From a virus (Duplodnaviria; Caudoviricetes): DNA of 64,000 nucleotides. The notes beneath the pieces were generated by a model that had not been told where the DNA came from, made no database searches, and worked only from the letters and a program-made list of their open reading frames with translations. Where the stretch lies: the IMG/VR virus record IMGVR_UViG_3300021255_002694, one strand, 5' to 3'. Positions 1 through 13,100 of this stretch are shown here, in pieces; within the stretch, counting starts at the first letter, position 1, and each line of letters opens with the position of its first letter. The position numbers were made by a program, and so were the translations under genes.

Positions 1-69
1 TAACAATAAGTCATGTAATGGTTGTTAAGCCTGAACATGACTTATATTTTATGAAAGGATTTGATCTAT

Positions 70-288
70 ATGAGAAATAAAATATTAACAGAAAGTGGCG
101 TCTATGGGCTGTCACTCACATATATTGCAAATAAGTTGAAAGACATTGCAAACGATTTAGACTATAATATTGATTCAGATGAAAATTTTTATTCCGATGA
201 TTTAAGATCATATGCCGATTTTATTGAAAGATTTGCTGATGTTACAGAGCGGCGCATGGATGAAATTGATAAATATATAAATGGTTGA
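70..288 (+). CDS. Small acidic protein with N-terminal I/L-x-E leader (MRNKILTES)
   Basis: ORF 61..288; ATG at 70 follows GAAAGG SD; leader shared with many other ORFs in the window. Confidence 0.65.
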   Translation: MRNKILTESGVYGLSLTYIANKLKDIANDLDYNIDSDENFYSDDLRSYADFIERFADVTERRMDEIDKYING

Positions 289-361
289 TGTATATATATA
301 ATGCACAAATGTATACTTACTTTTATGTATACATTTGTGCGTTTTTTATTCTCAAAAACAC

Positions 362-390
362 TTGACATGTGAAATAAAATGTGGTATACT
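362..390 (+). promoter_or_regulatory. Recurring sigmaA-type phage promoter, copy 1
   Basis: TTGACA(362)-N17-TATACT(385), extended -10 TG, followed by ATATTTGTAA. Confidence 0.85.
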
Positions 391-437
391 ATATTTGTAA
401 GTACGAAAATCGTGATTTGAAAGTGAGGTATTATATT

Positions 438-950
438 ATGGCAAGATTTGATGAAATTACACCGTTTACTGTTGGAACTTATGAGGTAGACATTCATGTT
501 AGATATCTGCTTGATGAGTTAAAAAGTTATGATCAGGACTATATTCTTGAACTTAATCCTGATTTTCAGCGCGGAAATGTTTGGACCGAAGAACAACAGA
601 TTGCGTACCTTGAATTCTTTTTCAAGGGTGGTAGATCGGCTAGAGTTATTTACTTCAATATCGGTGAGTGGAGTCTTGATCCTAATACGGATATTCCCCA
701 TATGGTATGTGTTGACGGGTTACAGAGATTAACTGCATTCATCCGTTTTCTCAATAATGAGATTCCTGTTTTCGGGGCGTACTACAGAGAATATGAGGAT
801 AAGACAAGAGATACAATTAAGTTCAACATCAATAATCTTGCATATAAGAAAGATGTTCTTAAATGGTATCTTGAAATGAACTCTGGCGGAACTGTACACT
901 CTGATTCTGAACTCAATCGTGTTCGGGAAATGATTAAGGAATATGAGTAA
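438..950 (+). CDS. Stand-alone DUF262 (ParB/Srx-like, GmrS-type) domain protein
   Basis: LNPDFQRGNVW and VDGLQR motifs; ATG 438 after GAGGT SD. Confidence 0.8.
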   Translation: MARFDEITPFTVGTYEVDIHVRYLLDELKSYDQDYILELNPDFQRGNVWTEEQQIAYLEFFFKGGRSARVIYFNIGEWSLDPNTDIPHMVCVDGLQRLTAFIRFLNNEIPVFGAYYREYEDKTRDTIKFNINNLAYKKDVLKWYLEMNSGGTVHSDSELNRVREMIKEYE

Positions 951-965
951 TGGGGGTTTTGGATC

Positions 966-1295
966 ATGAAGAAAGTTTTTGATTTGAAAGATGGATCGGT
1001 TTTGAAGATTGATTATAATTCAGAACGGACTACAATGGGATGTCCTACTTGTGGTTACGGTGCTAAATATATCGACTGGATTATACTAGAACTTACTCAT
1101 TACACAATTAAATATGCAACTGATAACAGCGAAGGAAAATTGTCTGATTTTGACCTCATTCAGCTTTTCGGAGATGTTAGCAATGATATGACTGAGTTTG
1201 AATTTTTGCACCATGTTATTGATCACATGGGTGATTTTGAAGAATTTACAATTTCAATCACTAAGAATGATTTTGATGGAGTAACGCATGACTGA
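966..1295 (+). CDS. Hypothetical protein with CPTC motif
   Basis: ORF in + strand gene run. Confidence 0.6.
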   Translation: MKKVFDLKDGSVLKIDYNSERTTMGCPTCGYGAKYIDWIILELTHYTIKYATDNSEGKLSDFDLIQLFGDVSNDMTEFEFLHHVIDHMGDFEEFTISITKNDFDGVTHD

Positions 1296-1315
1296 ATAAT
1301 GCAAAAGGAGATTTT

Positions 1316-2320
1316 ATGAAAGCATATAAAGGTTTCGACAAAGATTTTAAGTGTAGAGATTTTCAGTATGAAGTTGGTCGGCTTTATACCTTTGACGGAA
1401 AAACATCAATCTGTCATGCTGGATTTCATGCTTGTGTTGAACCGATTGATGTTCTAAGATTTTACTGTGATCCTGATTCAAGATATGGAGTTGTAGATGT
1501 TGAGCAAACAGCAGATATTTCTTATCTGGAAACGGAATTTAGAAAAAAGCATTTGAAAAATAATTCTAAAATTGTCGGTGATCGAATTTCAATCGAGAAA
1601 GAGATCACGATTGACGATCTAATTAAGGAACAGATTAAAAGAGTTGCAGAACATAATACAACAAGAGATATCGTTGTTACAGATTGGGCAAATATTGTTG
1701 CATCTGATAATGATATGTACAAATCAGAACCAGCAACATCTATTTCAACAACCAGAAAGAACGCAATTTCATGTTCCGCATCATTAGATAATGCTATTGC
1801 TGTCTCAACAGGAGACAGGTCTATTTCAGCAAGTAATTCTGCATATGCAAAGTCAATTACACTCGGAGATCAATCAATCGCTGCTTCTCCCCGTATGAAT
1901 TCAAGATCAACATGTTTAGGTGATGTGTCTATTGCATCTGCAACGGGAAGCTACTCTTGCTCAAAGACATACGGAGAATATTCTGTTGCTTCATCTGTCG
2001 GTTATCAAGTAAATTCAGCGGCATATGGAGATAAATCGGTTGCTGTTTCTGTTGGTGATGCTCCATATGCTATTGCAGATGGTAAAGATTCTATCGCAGT
2101 TGCATACGGGAATAGAGCATATGCACAAGGTTCACTCGGATCGTACCTTGTGATCGCATATGTAGATAAAGAAACAGGAGAATTTGTTGTAAAGTCGGCA
2201 TTTGTTGACGGAGAGAAAATTAAAGCAGATACAATATATTCTATCCGCAACGGAGAGTTTGTTGAAATGGTTGTTGATGATCGTGGTGTATTGGTGGTAA
2301 AAGATGGAAAAAGTAATTGA
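1316..2320 (+). CDS. Phage protein, DUF7666-like N-terminus plus Ser/Ala/Gly repeat region
   Basis: KAYKGFDKDFKCRDFQYEVG...GFHAC..P N-terminus; 11-residue A/S/G repeats; VDGEKIKADT C-terminus. Confidence 0.75.
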   Translation: MKAYKGFDKDFKCRDFQYEVGRLYTFDGKTSICHAGFHACVEPIDVLRFYCDPDSRYGVVDVEQTADISYLETEFRKKHLKNNSKIVGDRISIEKEITIDDLIKEQIKRVAEHNTTRDIVVTDWANIVASDNDMYKSEPATSISTTRKNAISCSASLDNAIAVSTGDRSISASNSAYAKSITLGDQSIAASPRMNSRSTCLGDVSIASATGSYSCSKTYGEYSVASSVGYQVNSAAYGDKSVAVSVGDAPYAIADGKDSIAVAYGNRAYAQGSLGSYLVIAYVDKETGEFVVKSAFVDGEKIKADTIYSIRNGEFVEMVVDDRGVLVVKDGKSN

Positions 2321-3526
2321 ATTGTTAAAAGGCGAGAGAAAAAAGCTAAAAAGTTCAATTAGGTTCTATAAAGAAGAAATTGAACAAGATAAGAAGGGTA
2401 TACAGGAGTTACAAAGCGACTTGTTTATTGAAAAGCATAAGGACGCTTCATGTTGGTCTGATGATTGGACAATTCATGATTATATCAAAGTGAATGTTGA
2501 ATCAAGAAACAGAGCCATTGATGATTTTTCAAAAAGGCTTGAAGAAGCAGAGGAATATCTTTCTCAGATTGAGAAAGCATTGAAGATTTTGAAAGGTGGT
2601 AAATGACATGAGTCTGACAGAAAAGATTGCTTTCTTGGAACGGTTCTATAATAAGTTTGGTGATTTTGTAAGGAACGCTGATCAGTCCGATCCGATTCTA
2701 TATAAGCTGTCTGAACTTAAACAGTCTTACGATGCTTTGAAGTGTTCCGAATATTATTCAAGAGAGCTTGTTCCGCACAATCCATATAATGATATCATGA
2801 GGGATCACATTTTAGAGGTATCATATTGTCTTGCGGATGAGTGGTGTCGTGTTTTCGGACATGATTTATCTGCAAAGGAGTGATATTTGAATGAATTATG
2901 ATCTATCTATAAAACTTCTAAATGAAGAAAAACATAGACTTACTGGTGAACTATCATGGTTAAAAGCAGAGATTAAAAGAGCATCTAATATAGCAAATGA
3001 TTTTGATAATTATGATAAACACTCATTGGATGCTATATATCACAACTACAGAGAACCAAGTGAACCAGCATCTATTGATAAGATTTTAAGTCTTATTGAG
3101 AAGTACGAGAATAGAGTAAATGAACTAGAAACGGAAATTGAAGAACTAGGATCAGCAATAAGCATTCTATCAAAGAAATTGACATGACTATTAAAACTTT
3201 GAATGGTGGTGAGAACGATGTTTGAAGATGTAAAAAGGATACTTACCGAAGGAAAAGATGGATATTTAGATCATAAAAAATATTCAGAAAAAGAGATTAA
3301 AAGAATCACAGAAGTTTTGGATGATTTTGAAAACTATTACAAGTTTTCTATCGAAGCACTTTTTAGTGGATGGAGAGAACCTACAGAAGAAGTAACGGAG
3401 GATGGTCTGCTGTCATGTTTGGAAAGGCATAAGAATTATGTAAAGTCTGATCAGGATAGAATTGACGAAATTGACCTTGCTTTAAGTGTTTTACAAGAAT
3501 ACGAAGCACTTAGACAGAAAGAATAA
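2304..3526 (+). CDS. Cluster of four ~100-aa hypothetical genes (2304, 2596, 2891, 3203); three are likely coiled-coil paralogs
   Basis: Similar L..E+ N-termini and E(I/L)..A(L/I)..L C-termini. Confidence 0.6.
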
Positions 3527-3630
3527 AAAAAAACAAATAGTCAGTAAAAAATAAACAATCGTATACTATATGTGATAGGTTCATCTGTGAGCCGTTTATA
3601 TATTGTTTATGAAAGAAAGGTTGATTTAAT

Positions 3631-4152
3631 ATGATTACTCTTAGAAATGAGTCATTTGATGCAGATGATTTTGATTTTGGTTCTCTTAGAAATGCTGATG
3701 AATTGAGAGATGAATTTATCGAAATTCTAAAACAGTTCGACAAAGACCTTAACGAGTACCAGACAGACGTTTATTTGTATGTTGATGAAAACAACAACGG
3801 AGAGTGGTATCTGTTTACAAATGTAGGCGGAAACTCTTGGTTGGACGATGATCACATCACTGTGTATTCAGATAAGCCTCATTATAACGATATTTTTGAT
3901 TATTTTGACGATGAGAGTTATATCGCAGATGTTCTTGGAATGTCTCTATCTGATCTCATTGCAGAGGTATATGCATCTGCTGATCATGATTGGTATGATA
4001 TTGATGATATCGGCTATGGTGAAATCGTTGATTACATTAAATCGAATGATGTTTACTTTGATAAGTTGCAAGATGAGTATAACAGAGTAATTGATGATGA
4101 ACTTAATTCTGAATATGCTGAACAGGCTGATAGCATTCTCTATGGATATTGA
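3631..4152 (+). CDS. Very acidic protein with hydrophobic-x-E-type leader (MITLRNES)
   Basis: SD GAAAGG; D/E/Y-rich; preceded by ACTATA-hairpin element. Confidence 0.75.
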   Translation: MITLRNESFDADDFDFGSLRNADELRDEFIEILKQFDKDLNEYQTDVYLYVDENNNGEWYLFTNVGGNSWLDDDHITVYSDKPHYNDIFDYFDDESYIADVLGMSLSDLIAEVYASADHDWYDIDDIGYGEIVDYIKSNDVYFDKLQDEYNRVIDDELNSEYAEQADSILYGY

Positions 4153-4174
4153 TAAACGCTTGTTAGTGTTGAAC

Positions 4175-4206
4175 AAAAATCCGCGCAATTATTTGTGCGG
4201 ATTTTT
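4175..4206 (+). terminator. Intrinsic terminator-like hairpin overlapping an ACAAA-N14-TTTGT site
   Basis: AAAAATCCGCGCAA-TTAT-TTGTGCGGATTTTT. Confidence 0.7.
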
Positions 4207-4228
4207 CTTATTTATTTTCAAAAACCTC

Positions 4229-4257
4229 TTGACAAATGAACTATAATATGTTATACT
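4229..4257 (+). promoter_or_regulatory. Recurring sigmaA-type promoter
   Basis: TTGACA-N17-TATACT. Confidence 0.85.
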
Positions 4258-4878
4258 ATATTTACAAGGTTAAGGTGATATAATGACAACGAAGCAGAGA
4301 GATTCAGTAAAGAAATTAAAATCAGATGTGTTTGATTTTAGATATGATATGGATAATGGGTATTCAGTTGATGGATTTAACATTGTTGATTCTATAAATG
4401 GACTACGTGTTGAAATTCATCTAACTTCACCAATAGCAACTCATATTATTGATCTTAAAATCTCAAACAGCGGCAAAATCTATTTCCCGTACAGAGATAA
4501 TAATGTTTCAAGATATGAGAAGTATACAAATATGAAAGAAACTGTGAGTAAAATGTTTGGAGGTATTGATTATGAAAATTGTTGCAATGTATGATCTGGA
4601 TGAATTTGCAAAAATTACAGGTATTATCACTATAAGTGTTCAGACAGCTCTTTTCTACCCTGGTTACAATGACGTAATTTATGTGGATGATGAATACATT
4701 GAAAGTTTGCATGAGCGCTATAATAGAGATGCTTCAAGATGCTCTGATATAACAAAAGAAATTTTGAGAGACAGAAAAAATACTCTTGATGAAATCTTAC
4801 TTAAAATGGACTCTGGTGTTATTCCGAGACAGTTTATTCTGAGAGCATGATTTGTTTAATTTGAAAGTGTGGTAAATT

Positions 4879-5493
4879 ATGGGTTGGACATCATACAATG
4901 CTAAATATTACACAAGAAAAGGTACAGTAGACAGAAAAAGAGAATGTGATGCATACTGGCTTGAAGGTCTTAATTCAGGTCATTTCAATGTTATTCGATC
5001 TACTATGATAGGTTCTACTTACTATGCGGCTGTTCAGCCGATTCAGAGAAAAATTGGTGAAGATGAATCTGGAAATTCTATTTATGAGGACATTCCGGAT
5101 GATCAGCGTGAAACATTCGGTGTTGTAATGCTGACAAAGACTGACATGAAAGATTATTTCAACTTTTACTACAAAGAAATGACAGAAGATGTTGGACCGT
5201 ATGAATCCAAGTGTCCGAAGTCTATTATTGATATTCTATCTCCAACAGATTCAGAATATGCTCTTGCATGGCGACAGAGATGTATTGACTATGCAAAGAC
5301 AAAATGTGTGAGAAATCTCCCTATCGGAACTGTCATCGAGTTTGAAAAGTATGACGGAACAACTGTACGCCTTATCAAATGCTCTCCGCAGTATCAGTTC
5401 AAAACGGCTTGGTGGAAGTTTGTAAACGAGAGAAAATACTTCCAGAAGAAAGATATTCCGTGGGATAAAGTAAGAATCATTGAAAATATTTAA
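4879..5493 (+). CDS. DUF6927-like mobile-element protein
   Basis: MGWT start, YYAAV, YKEMTEDVGP.E..CP..I...LSP, A..WR.RC motifs. Confidence 0.7.
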   Translation: MGWTSYNAKYYTRKGTVDRKRECDAYWLEGLNSGHFNVIRSTMIGSTYYAAVQPIQRKIGEDESGNSIYEDIPDDQRETFGVVMLTKTDMKDYFNFYYKEMTEDVGPYESKCPKSIIDILSPTDSEYALAWRQRCIDYAKTKCVRNLPIGTVIEFEKYDGTTVRLIKCSPQYQFKTAWWKFVNERKYFQKKDIPWDKVRIIENI

Positions 5494-5737
5494 TGAGAAA
5501 GGATGTTATACTGTGAACGATTTTCCGAAACCTTATGTAATCGAATCCTTGAAAAAGAGATACCCCGTAGGATGCACAGTTGAACTTGTGCAGATGAATG
5601 ATCGTCATGCTCCGCCTGTAGGAACTCGTGGAAAAGTAATCGCTGTTGATGATATTGGAACAATCCATGTTAAATGGGATAACGGCAGTTCGCTTGGAGT
5701 TGCTTACGGTGAAGATTTCTGTAAGGTAGTTGAATAA
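5480..5737 (+). CDS. DUF4314 family protein
   Basis: YPVG..VELV.MND...PP.GTRG.V..VDDIGTIHV.WDNGSSLG..YGED. Confidence 0.85.
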   Translation: MKIFNEKGCYTVNDFPKPYVIESLKKRYPVGCTVELVQMNDRHAPPVGTRGKVIAVDDIGTIHVKWDNGSSLGVAYGEDFCKVVE

Positions 5738-6849
5738 AGTTTAGAAAGTGAGGTAACTGTTATGACACCTGAAATGAATGGACTTATTTATCTGATTATG
5801 TGGATCATTCTTGTGCTGTGTGATATCTTTCTTGGGAAGTATTATATCAATGACTATTTTGATGCAGATGATGTACAGTATAAGAAAAAGTGCATCAAAA
5901 ATTTGTTTGAGGTCATTGTATCTGTTATCGCCGGAAGCGCATTCTTCGTAATGATGATTCTCAAATCTCTTATGAAAGTAGGGTAATTAAGTATGTTTGA
6001 ATCTTATGAACTCTATACAAAGAACTCTGAGAGGAACAGAGGTAAATATAATTTGCCGATCATTGATAAGGAGTTTATTCTTGCCATTAAAGCGACACGG
6101 GATTTTATTGATGATTATATCAGAGAAATTAACTATCGCGGTTTTGAACTTGATGATCTTCTATACAGCTTGACAAATGAATCCATTGTAGACAGTTCTT
6201 CATATGCTGATCCGGAAAGAGACTTTGCATCTATTCCGGCATCTGATGTTGAAGCTACGCTTATTCTCTGCTCAGATCAAATGACAGATTTTGAAGAACT
6301 GATTGAATGGCTTAATTATAGACTTGTTGACTAATTTTTAACAGATAGGAGTGTGTATAATATGAGAAAAAGAGTTGAACATTCTGCAACTGGAAAAGTT
6401 GTAGATTTGGAATTACACGATAAACTGTGTTCCTATGCAAAAGAGGTTGCAGATAAGGTCTGCAATGAAATTGCACCTGAATATGATATTATTGATATTG
6501 AGGGGCTTTTTAAAAGTGCGCTTGGATATCCATTCGCATATCAACTCATGAAATATTCTGCCAAATGTGATAAGGAGTGAGTTTATGTCTGTATCTATCT
6601 GTATCTGTGGTGCTGTAATTATTTCGTGTTTGATCATTGGAGATGCTTTAGCAGAAAGACTTATTAAAGCAGACTCAGTAGAAAAGAAAATAAAGTACAA
6701 AGATTCTATTTTTGCACTTATATTCATTTGCTTCATGTCTCTTTTAATCATGCTTATGTTCTTTATATAATTTAATGTGTGTTGCGGAGATTGTGCATAT
6801 TTAACATAATCTCCGCAATATGTTTGTGCAACATTTATTCGATAAACTA

Positions 6850-6878
6850 TTGACAAATGAAGATAAATATGATATACT
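6850..6878 (+). promoter_or_regulatory. Recurring sigmaA-type promoter
   Basis: TTGACA-N17-TATACT. Confidence 0.85.
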
Positions 6879-7132
6879 ATATTTACAAGGACAGAAACCT
6901 GATGGATAAGGAGAAAATTATGGATTTCACGAAGCTCATGATGATTACTGGAATGACTATGAAAGAACTTCACCAGATTCCGAAGGTTGCAATTTATAAC
7001 ATCATTAAGGTAATCAATGATCGTCTTGAAAATACATATGTAAGAAAAGATCAGAGAGATGAACTTGATTATCAGATCAAGTGCTATGAAGAACTTATGT
7101 TGACTGCAAAATAAAATAAGGAGTGATTAGAT

Positions 7133-10100
7133 ATGAAGGCATATACTGTTCATTATAGAATGTATCTCGCCGCAGATACGAAGTCGATTTCTTTCCTTGC
7201 AAAGAACAAACAGGACGCATATGATAAGGCAGTGTATGAGATCATTCCGAAGATGGAACACGAACCGCCGTATGAAGCATATGTGTATTCTGTAACTTAT
7301 CAGAACGGAAACCAGAAGATTTTTTAAGTGAGGTGTAATAATTATGACCAATGAAGAGAATATTTATCGTTGGATTAATGGTCATCTTAAAAGAGCAATG
7401 AAAGAGGCAGACTGGATTTGGTTTGACCATGTTAGTACCTGGAATCCTAATCACCATACAATCAAGGTCATTGTTGATAAGGAAAGAAATACTATTACGG
7501 TAATTAACACAGAAAATCCGAAAAGATTTGGCAAATCTAAATGCCGACCGGATGACAAATTTGACTATAAGTTCGGCGTGGCTCTTGCTTATGCAAGATA
7601 TTCCAAAGAGACAATTCCAGATTATATTTTAGATATGTGAGGTGTTAGCTATGCTTACATATGAAGAATGGCTTGAGGAAACAGGGAGAGAAGCTAATGA
7701 AGATTCTTACTGGGAGTATCTTGGTTACGTTGAAAATGCAGAAGAATCTTAATCATAGAGGAATGGAGTGCAATCATGAACACATATTACCCGATGGCAA
7801 CATATGATGGAAAGACTGATAATTTCCATACACTAACAACATATGATTCCCTTGATAGTGAGAGTGCTTGCATTGATGTGATCAGCAAGTGGATTTCTAT
7901 GGGATATAAGATTGATAGGTGTTGGATTCAAGAATATCTTGATTGTGTTGATGGTCCTATTGATATTGATGTAAAAATTTCTCCTAAAGGAACACCATAT
8001 ATTGTAACTGGTTGAATTGAGGTGTTATGAATGAATCTCGGCTATTTATCTCCATCTGGTAAGATGTATACATGTAGTTCCTATGGTCACATGGAACTCG
8101 CAACTAGGATTTGTAATACATATGAGAAACCAGTTTTTGAATTAAAAAATTCTTTAGATTGTGAATTGTATCTGCTTGATATTGGATATGTGTGTATAAG
8201 ATCGCGGTCTGTTGAGTATAGTGCATTCACAACTAGAAAATTCGGAAAATATTTTGGAGCAAAGGTATGTGTAAATCTACTAACTGACGCACAAAAAGAT
8301 TTCATTAAAAATCTTTTTGGAACAGACAGTTGGTACAACACAGATCAAATGGATGCCACACAAATGATTCTTGATTACGATGATCTTCTTAGAGATACAG
8401 AGTTTAGCGATGGAGAATTGATGAATCCACTAAATAGAAAGGAGTAATACAATGAAAACTGTGTGGGCTGTAGAAGAACTTGTAGACAAGAACACTCCAA
8501 TTCTTGTTGAACTATATCCAAGTAAATATGCAGCACTTAAAATGTTGCAGAAAGATTACTGTGGATTCCTTGAACGTAATGACGGTATTGTTACATTCAA
8601 TAAGGGAACTATGGATAGTCACTATGGCGTATTTAGACTTAGAGAAGTTCCTGTTATTGGATTAAATTAAAAAGGAGTTAATTATTATGAGAGTATATCT
8701 TAGAGATTTCAAGGTAGTCGAAGCTGCTGATATCTACATTAAAAATGTGTATAATGACAGAAACAGTACACCTACAGCAGTTCCAAAGTCTGTTGATGTT
8801 TATATAACATATTACGATCATTTCAGTAAGAATTACAATAGTTTGAAAATTGGTTCTTTCAGCGTGAACGAAGATAGAGATACATATGTAGATGTCATGA
8901 AGAAATACAAAGAAATGATCCTTGCTCCGATGCTTAGAAATGGTTATTGTGAATTTAATTTTCTTGGTAAGTATTGGACTGGTTACTGCGTTTAATTAGA
9001 TTTTTGATAATCGTGGTTGATTATATTCCTGAAAGTGAGGTTAAAACTATGGATATTAAAAATATGAATGAAGAAGAATTGATTGATGTGATGACTCAGA
9101 TTAAGGAAATCTGTAAGGAAGCACCTGACTGTGATGAATGTATTTTCTATAAACTTTATTATAACAACCCGACACAGGTTTGTCCTTTTAACCATGCACC
9201 TTTCCGGTGGAACTTTGAAGGCGGTGAAACATCATGACCAATTATGAAACTATTATGAAAATGACACCTGATGAACTTGCTTTGTTTCTTGGTAAGGTAT
9301 TTTGTCAGGGAGAGATTTACGGTGAACTTTTGAGATCAGATTATTACGGTAATAAGTTGATCACAGAAGATGAGTTGCACGAACAAACAGTTAAAGCACA
9401 TGCAAAAAATTATGTTAAGTTTCTTAAACAGGAGAATGAGTCTGATACTGTGAGAGTTCCTGATGTTAAGTATTGAATGAGGTTTGCTATGAATCATAAG
9501 AGTAATGAAAAATTAGATTCAATACTTTATCATATTTGTATGGCTTTGACTGTATTATCAGCCGTTCCGATCTTATATGGTGTTTTTGCAGATAACACAA
9601 AGATATTTTTTATTGGCATTGGTATATTTTCTATATGTGCGATATGTGCAGCGATAAATGATCCGCCATATTATTACGATGATAAAGGAGATTAAAATGG
9701 ATATTATCAAATTAAAAGATTGTACCGTAACAAATATTGATTCGGACATTACAAAATATGAAGCAAGATATTATTATGAAGTAGATGAGACAATTCAGCG
9801 CATTACTATGACATTTAGCGATGGAGAATCAGTTGATTTTGATTTTTATGAATATAAGGGAGTTTTTGGAAACGTGATCGGATTCTTCTATGGAAAAGAT
9901 TTCTCCAATATCACGAAAGAGAGATTTATTCAGATGTTTGTGAAAGAGTTTCAGTGTGAATGCTCATTGTACGATACAAATGATTGGGCTAGAGCGGTTT
10001 CCGGAGGTTGGAATGAAAATGAATAACAACTATATAATTACAACACAGAAAGAACTTGATGAAATAAATTCTCTTACAGAAGAAATTAAACAGAAAAAAC

Positions 10101-13100
10101 TGAAAGTAAGAGAAATGAACGAGAAGATTGTTGAAAACATCAATGAGATTCTTTTCCACACATTCAAACCAGATCACAAAAAGCCGGATATTGATGGTAT
10201 TAAAACAACTAGACGGTTTTCTGATGTAGGTACATTCTACTTCACAAGAAATAAGTTGTTTGAACGTCATAAGAAATTATATGATCTTTTTGTATCTTGG
10301 AATGGAGAAGATGAAAAACTATATACAACACACGATGATGTAGATGAACCCAATCCGGTATACAGAGAGAATAAGTATATTCCGCTGTATGTATCTGTGG
10401 ATGTAAACTATGCTGAACGAACAAATGAAATAACTATTCAGGTTAGTGCGGAACTTGGTGATGTGAGAGATTGGTTTGCATTTACTCTTGTTTCCGAAAA
10501 CACATTTAGTATGCTTGATGGTCGTGATTGGGAACATGTGGACGGTAAGTACACAATGTCAGATGTAATTGATTTTATCAGATGGTATATTGATAATTCT
10601 GTTGAGGTGTAATTATGAGTATCATAACACTTGGAGAAGTTGAAAAACTGAAATTATATAGAGATATTGAACAGGAGTACAGAGCTAAACGCCGAGACAT
10701 GCAACATCACATTTTACAGAAAATGGAAGGAACATTTGTATACGGTATCGGATTTGACAATATTGAGCGATTAGATGTTGAGGATGACTGCGTAGAATCA
10801 TCATTTGATCTCGGTAAAAAATACTATAACAAAAATGATTTCATGAAAGATCACAATGATCTTTACGAACTATTTATGTGTGCAGAATATGCTGATGGTG
10901 CTGTAAATCCGTTTCTTTCTGACGGCAATTTGATTGAAATTTCCGTTAAGATCAAACTATATTTCTATTCAGCAACAGCAGGACCACAAGTACATGTATA
11001 TCTTGGTTTCGATAATGTTGGAGAACTACTTTTAAAATTTACTATCTGCGAAGATAGTCAAAACAAGTCTGAAACAGAGACATTTGATACATGTAGCGAA
11101 GAACATGTTGAAGATTTTATAAAGTGGTTCTGCGAACATGACGTTTTTAAGCTGTAATTTTATACGGGGTGAGTTACATGGGTAGATACTATCTTTGTTG
11201 GATTGATCTAAGAAACGGTAAACACATAAAACAGAGCTTTGATACAATGTACGAGCGGTGGAGAACGGACAAATGGTTGCGCGAAAAACATTATGGTACA
11301 CATATTGTTTACTATGATGCTGAGACTGGGAAATACGGATTCGATTATTCGGAACACACCGATGAACTTTTACAAGAACGAAAAGAATTCTTTGAACGCA
11401 GAAATGCGGCTAAGAATGAAGAAGAAAGTCATAAAGAAGAAACATAACTTGATCATTACAAGGAGGAATAAATATGAAAGAATATTCGCAAATCGCTAAC
11501 CTGCTTGGTGGAAGTGGTGTTGACATTAAAAAGAGAAAAGAGATTCTTCAAATTGTAAAGAATCTTTGCGAGATGTGTGATCATGCTGACAAGTATTGGA
11601 CACAAGCTGTAGAGGAAAATCAGAAACTTATAGAGAGAAACAATGAACTTGAAAAGAAACTTGCAGAAGCAGTAACAGGAAAACCTGATTTCGGTAAATA
11701 TGCTTATCTTGTAGAATCTGAAAGCTATAAGAAACTTGAAAAGATCAGGGAGATTCTTGAACCTGATTCTGATTCATATGATTATGAAGATTGGGGAGAG
11801 GATAGGTGATAGTATATGACTCAATTTCTACCTAATGAAGCTAATCAAGCATTTGAAGCAACAAATGGTGATCCTACTGTAGTACAGACACTTGTTGCAT
11901 TACTTTATTCCATTGATAGACTTACAAAATATGAGTGGGAAGCACTGTTTTATCTTCTTAGAAGTACATACGGACTAAGCGAAAAGATGTTTGCAAAGAT
12001 TTTCTTACATATTTCACTAGATCAAGATTATTCTGATTTAGAGAATATTTCACAAAGTAATTAAAAAATATTTAATATAGAGGTATTGAAGATGGATAAT
12101 AGATGTGATGAATGTGTAAATAAAAATGCATGTGATGAATGCAGAGAAAATCCTAAGTGGGCAAATGTTCCTAAGTTTTCTCAATTTATGGCTTATATTC
12201 CAACTTGTCCTAGAGGATATGTGGACTGTGTTCGTGATCCGGCATATACTAAATATCATAATCCTGAATGGTACGCAAAAATCTATGGTAATAAAACACC
12301 GGAAGAAGCATCTAAGACAGGAAGTTGTCAAGAGGCATTTGAGAATGATCCAGATGAAGAATACTATTGCTATGATGATGAGGACAAATAAGCATGAAAA
12401 TTTTAACAGAAAAAGGAATTAGAGAAATTATCAGCATTAGTCTTGATGATAGCAATGATGATAAGTTTCTTATTGTTGCAGAGTGGTTTGAATATACTGC
12501 AAACGGTTGTTTTACAGCGAGAAAAGAACCTATTGCATATTTCCCTATTCGATCTGAATGGGGAGATGATGATAAACATAGAGCGCGTGATACTTTTGAT
12601 GAAATTTGTGCTGATATTATTGAAAAAGATATCGCAAAAATTTTTGAATATTATACAAACTGTCACTCAATTCTAGTTAAGTGAGGTATTCATATGGAAA
12701 CGAAAACAGTTAGAAGATATATAGCAAAGAGTAGCTTACCTGATGGTGATTGGATGACACAAGCTGCAAAGGGGTATAGTAATATTCCAGAGGGTGAAGA
12801 GGTTAAATTTGTAAGGGAATTCAGTAATTTCTATGGTTGGTGGGTTGATGTTGCTTGGGGCGGCAGAAGATATGATGTAAGGCATAGTGATTTAATTGTA
12901 AGAGAAGAAACAAGAAATATTCTTGATGCTCCGGAACCAAACTGCATTGCTGATTTCAATAAATCAAAGATAAAAATGATCGGAAAACTCGCACTTATTG
13001 ATAATAATAACAGCAGTATTGATTCCGGCATTTGGCTTGCAAAAACAAATGATAACAGTATTATTTATGTTGATCAAGCTGATTGTTCACAATTTTATAT

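Noticed and set aside
381-437. Upstream extensions beginning M(V/I/L)YYI in ORFs 381, 38682, 46669 and 62031 (and internally in 6857) that look like a shared peptide
   Set aside because: They are translations of the conserved promoter -10 region; real starts follow downstream SD sequences.
8720-8752. Array 2 spacer 15 (EIADIYIEAT) versus EAADIYIKNV; also array 1 spacer 1 AGFHA versus the 1316 ORF
   Set aside because: Short partial peptide matches expected by chance; no perfect self-targeting spacer was found by eye.
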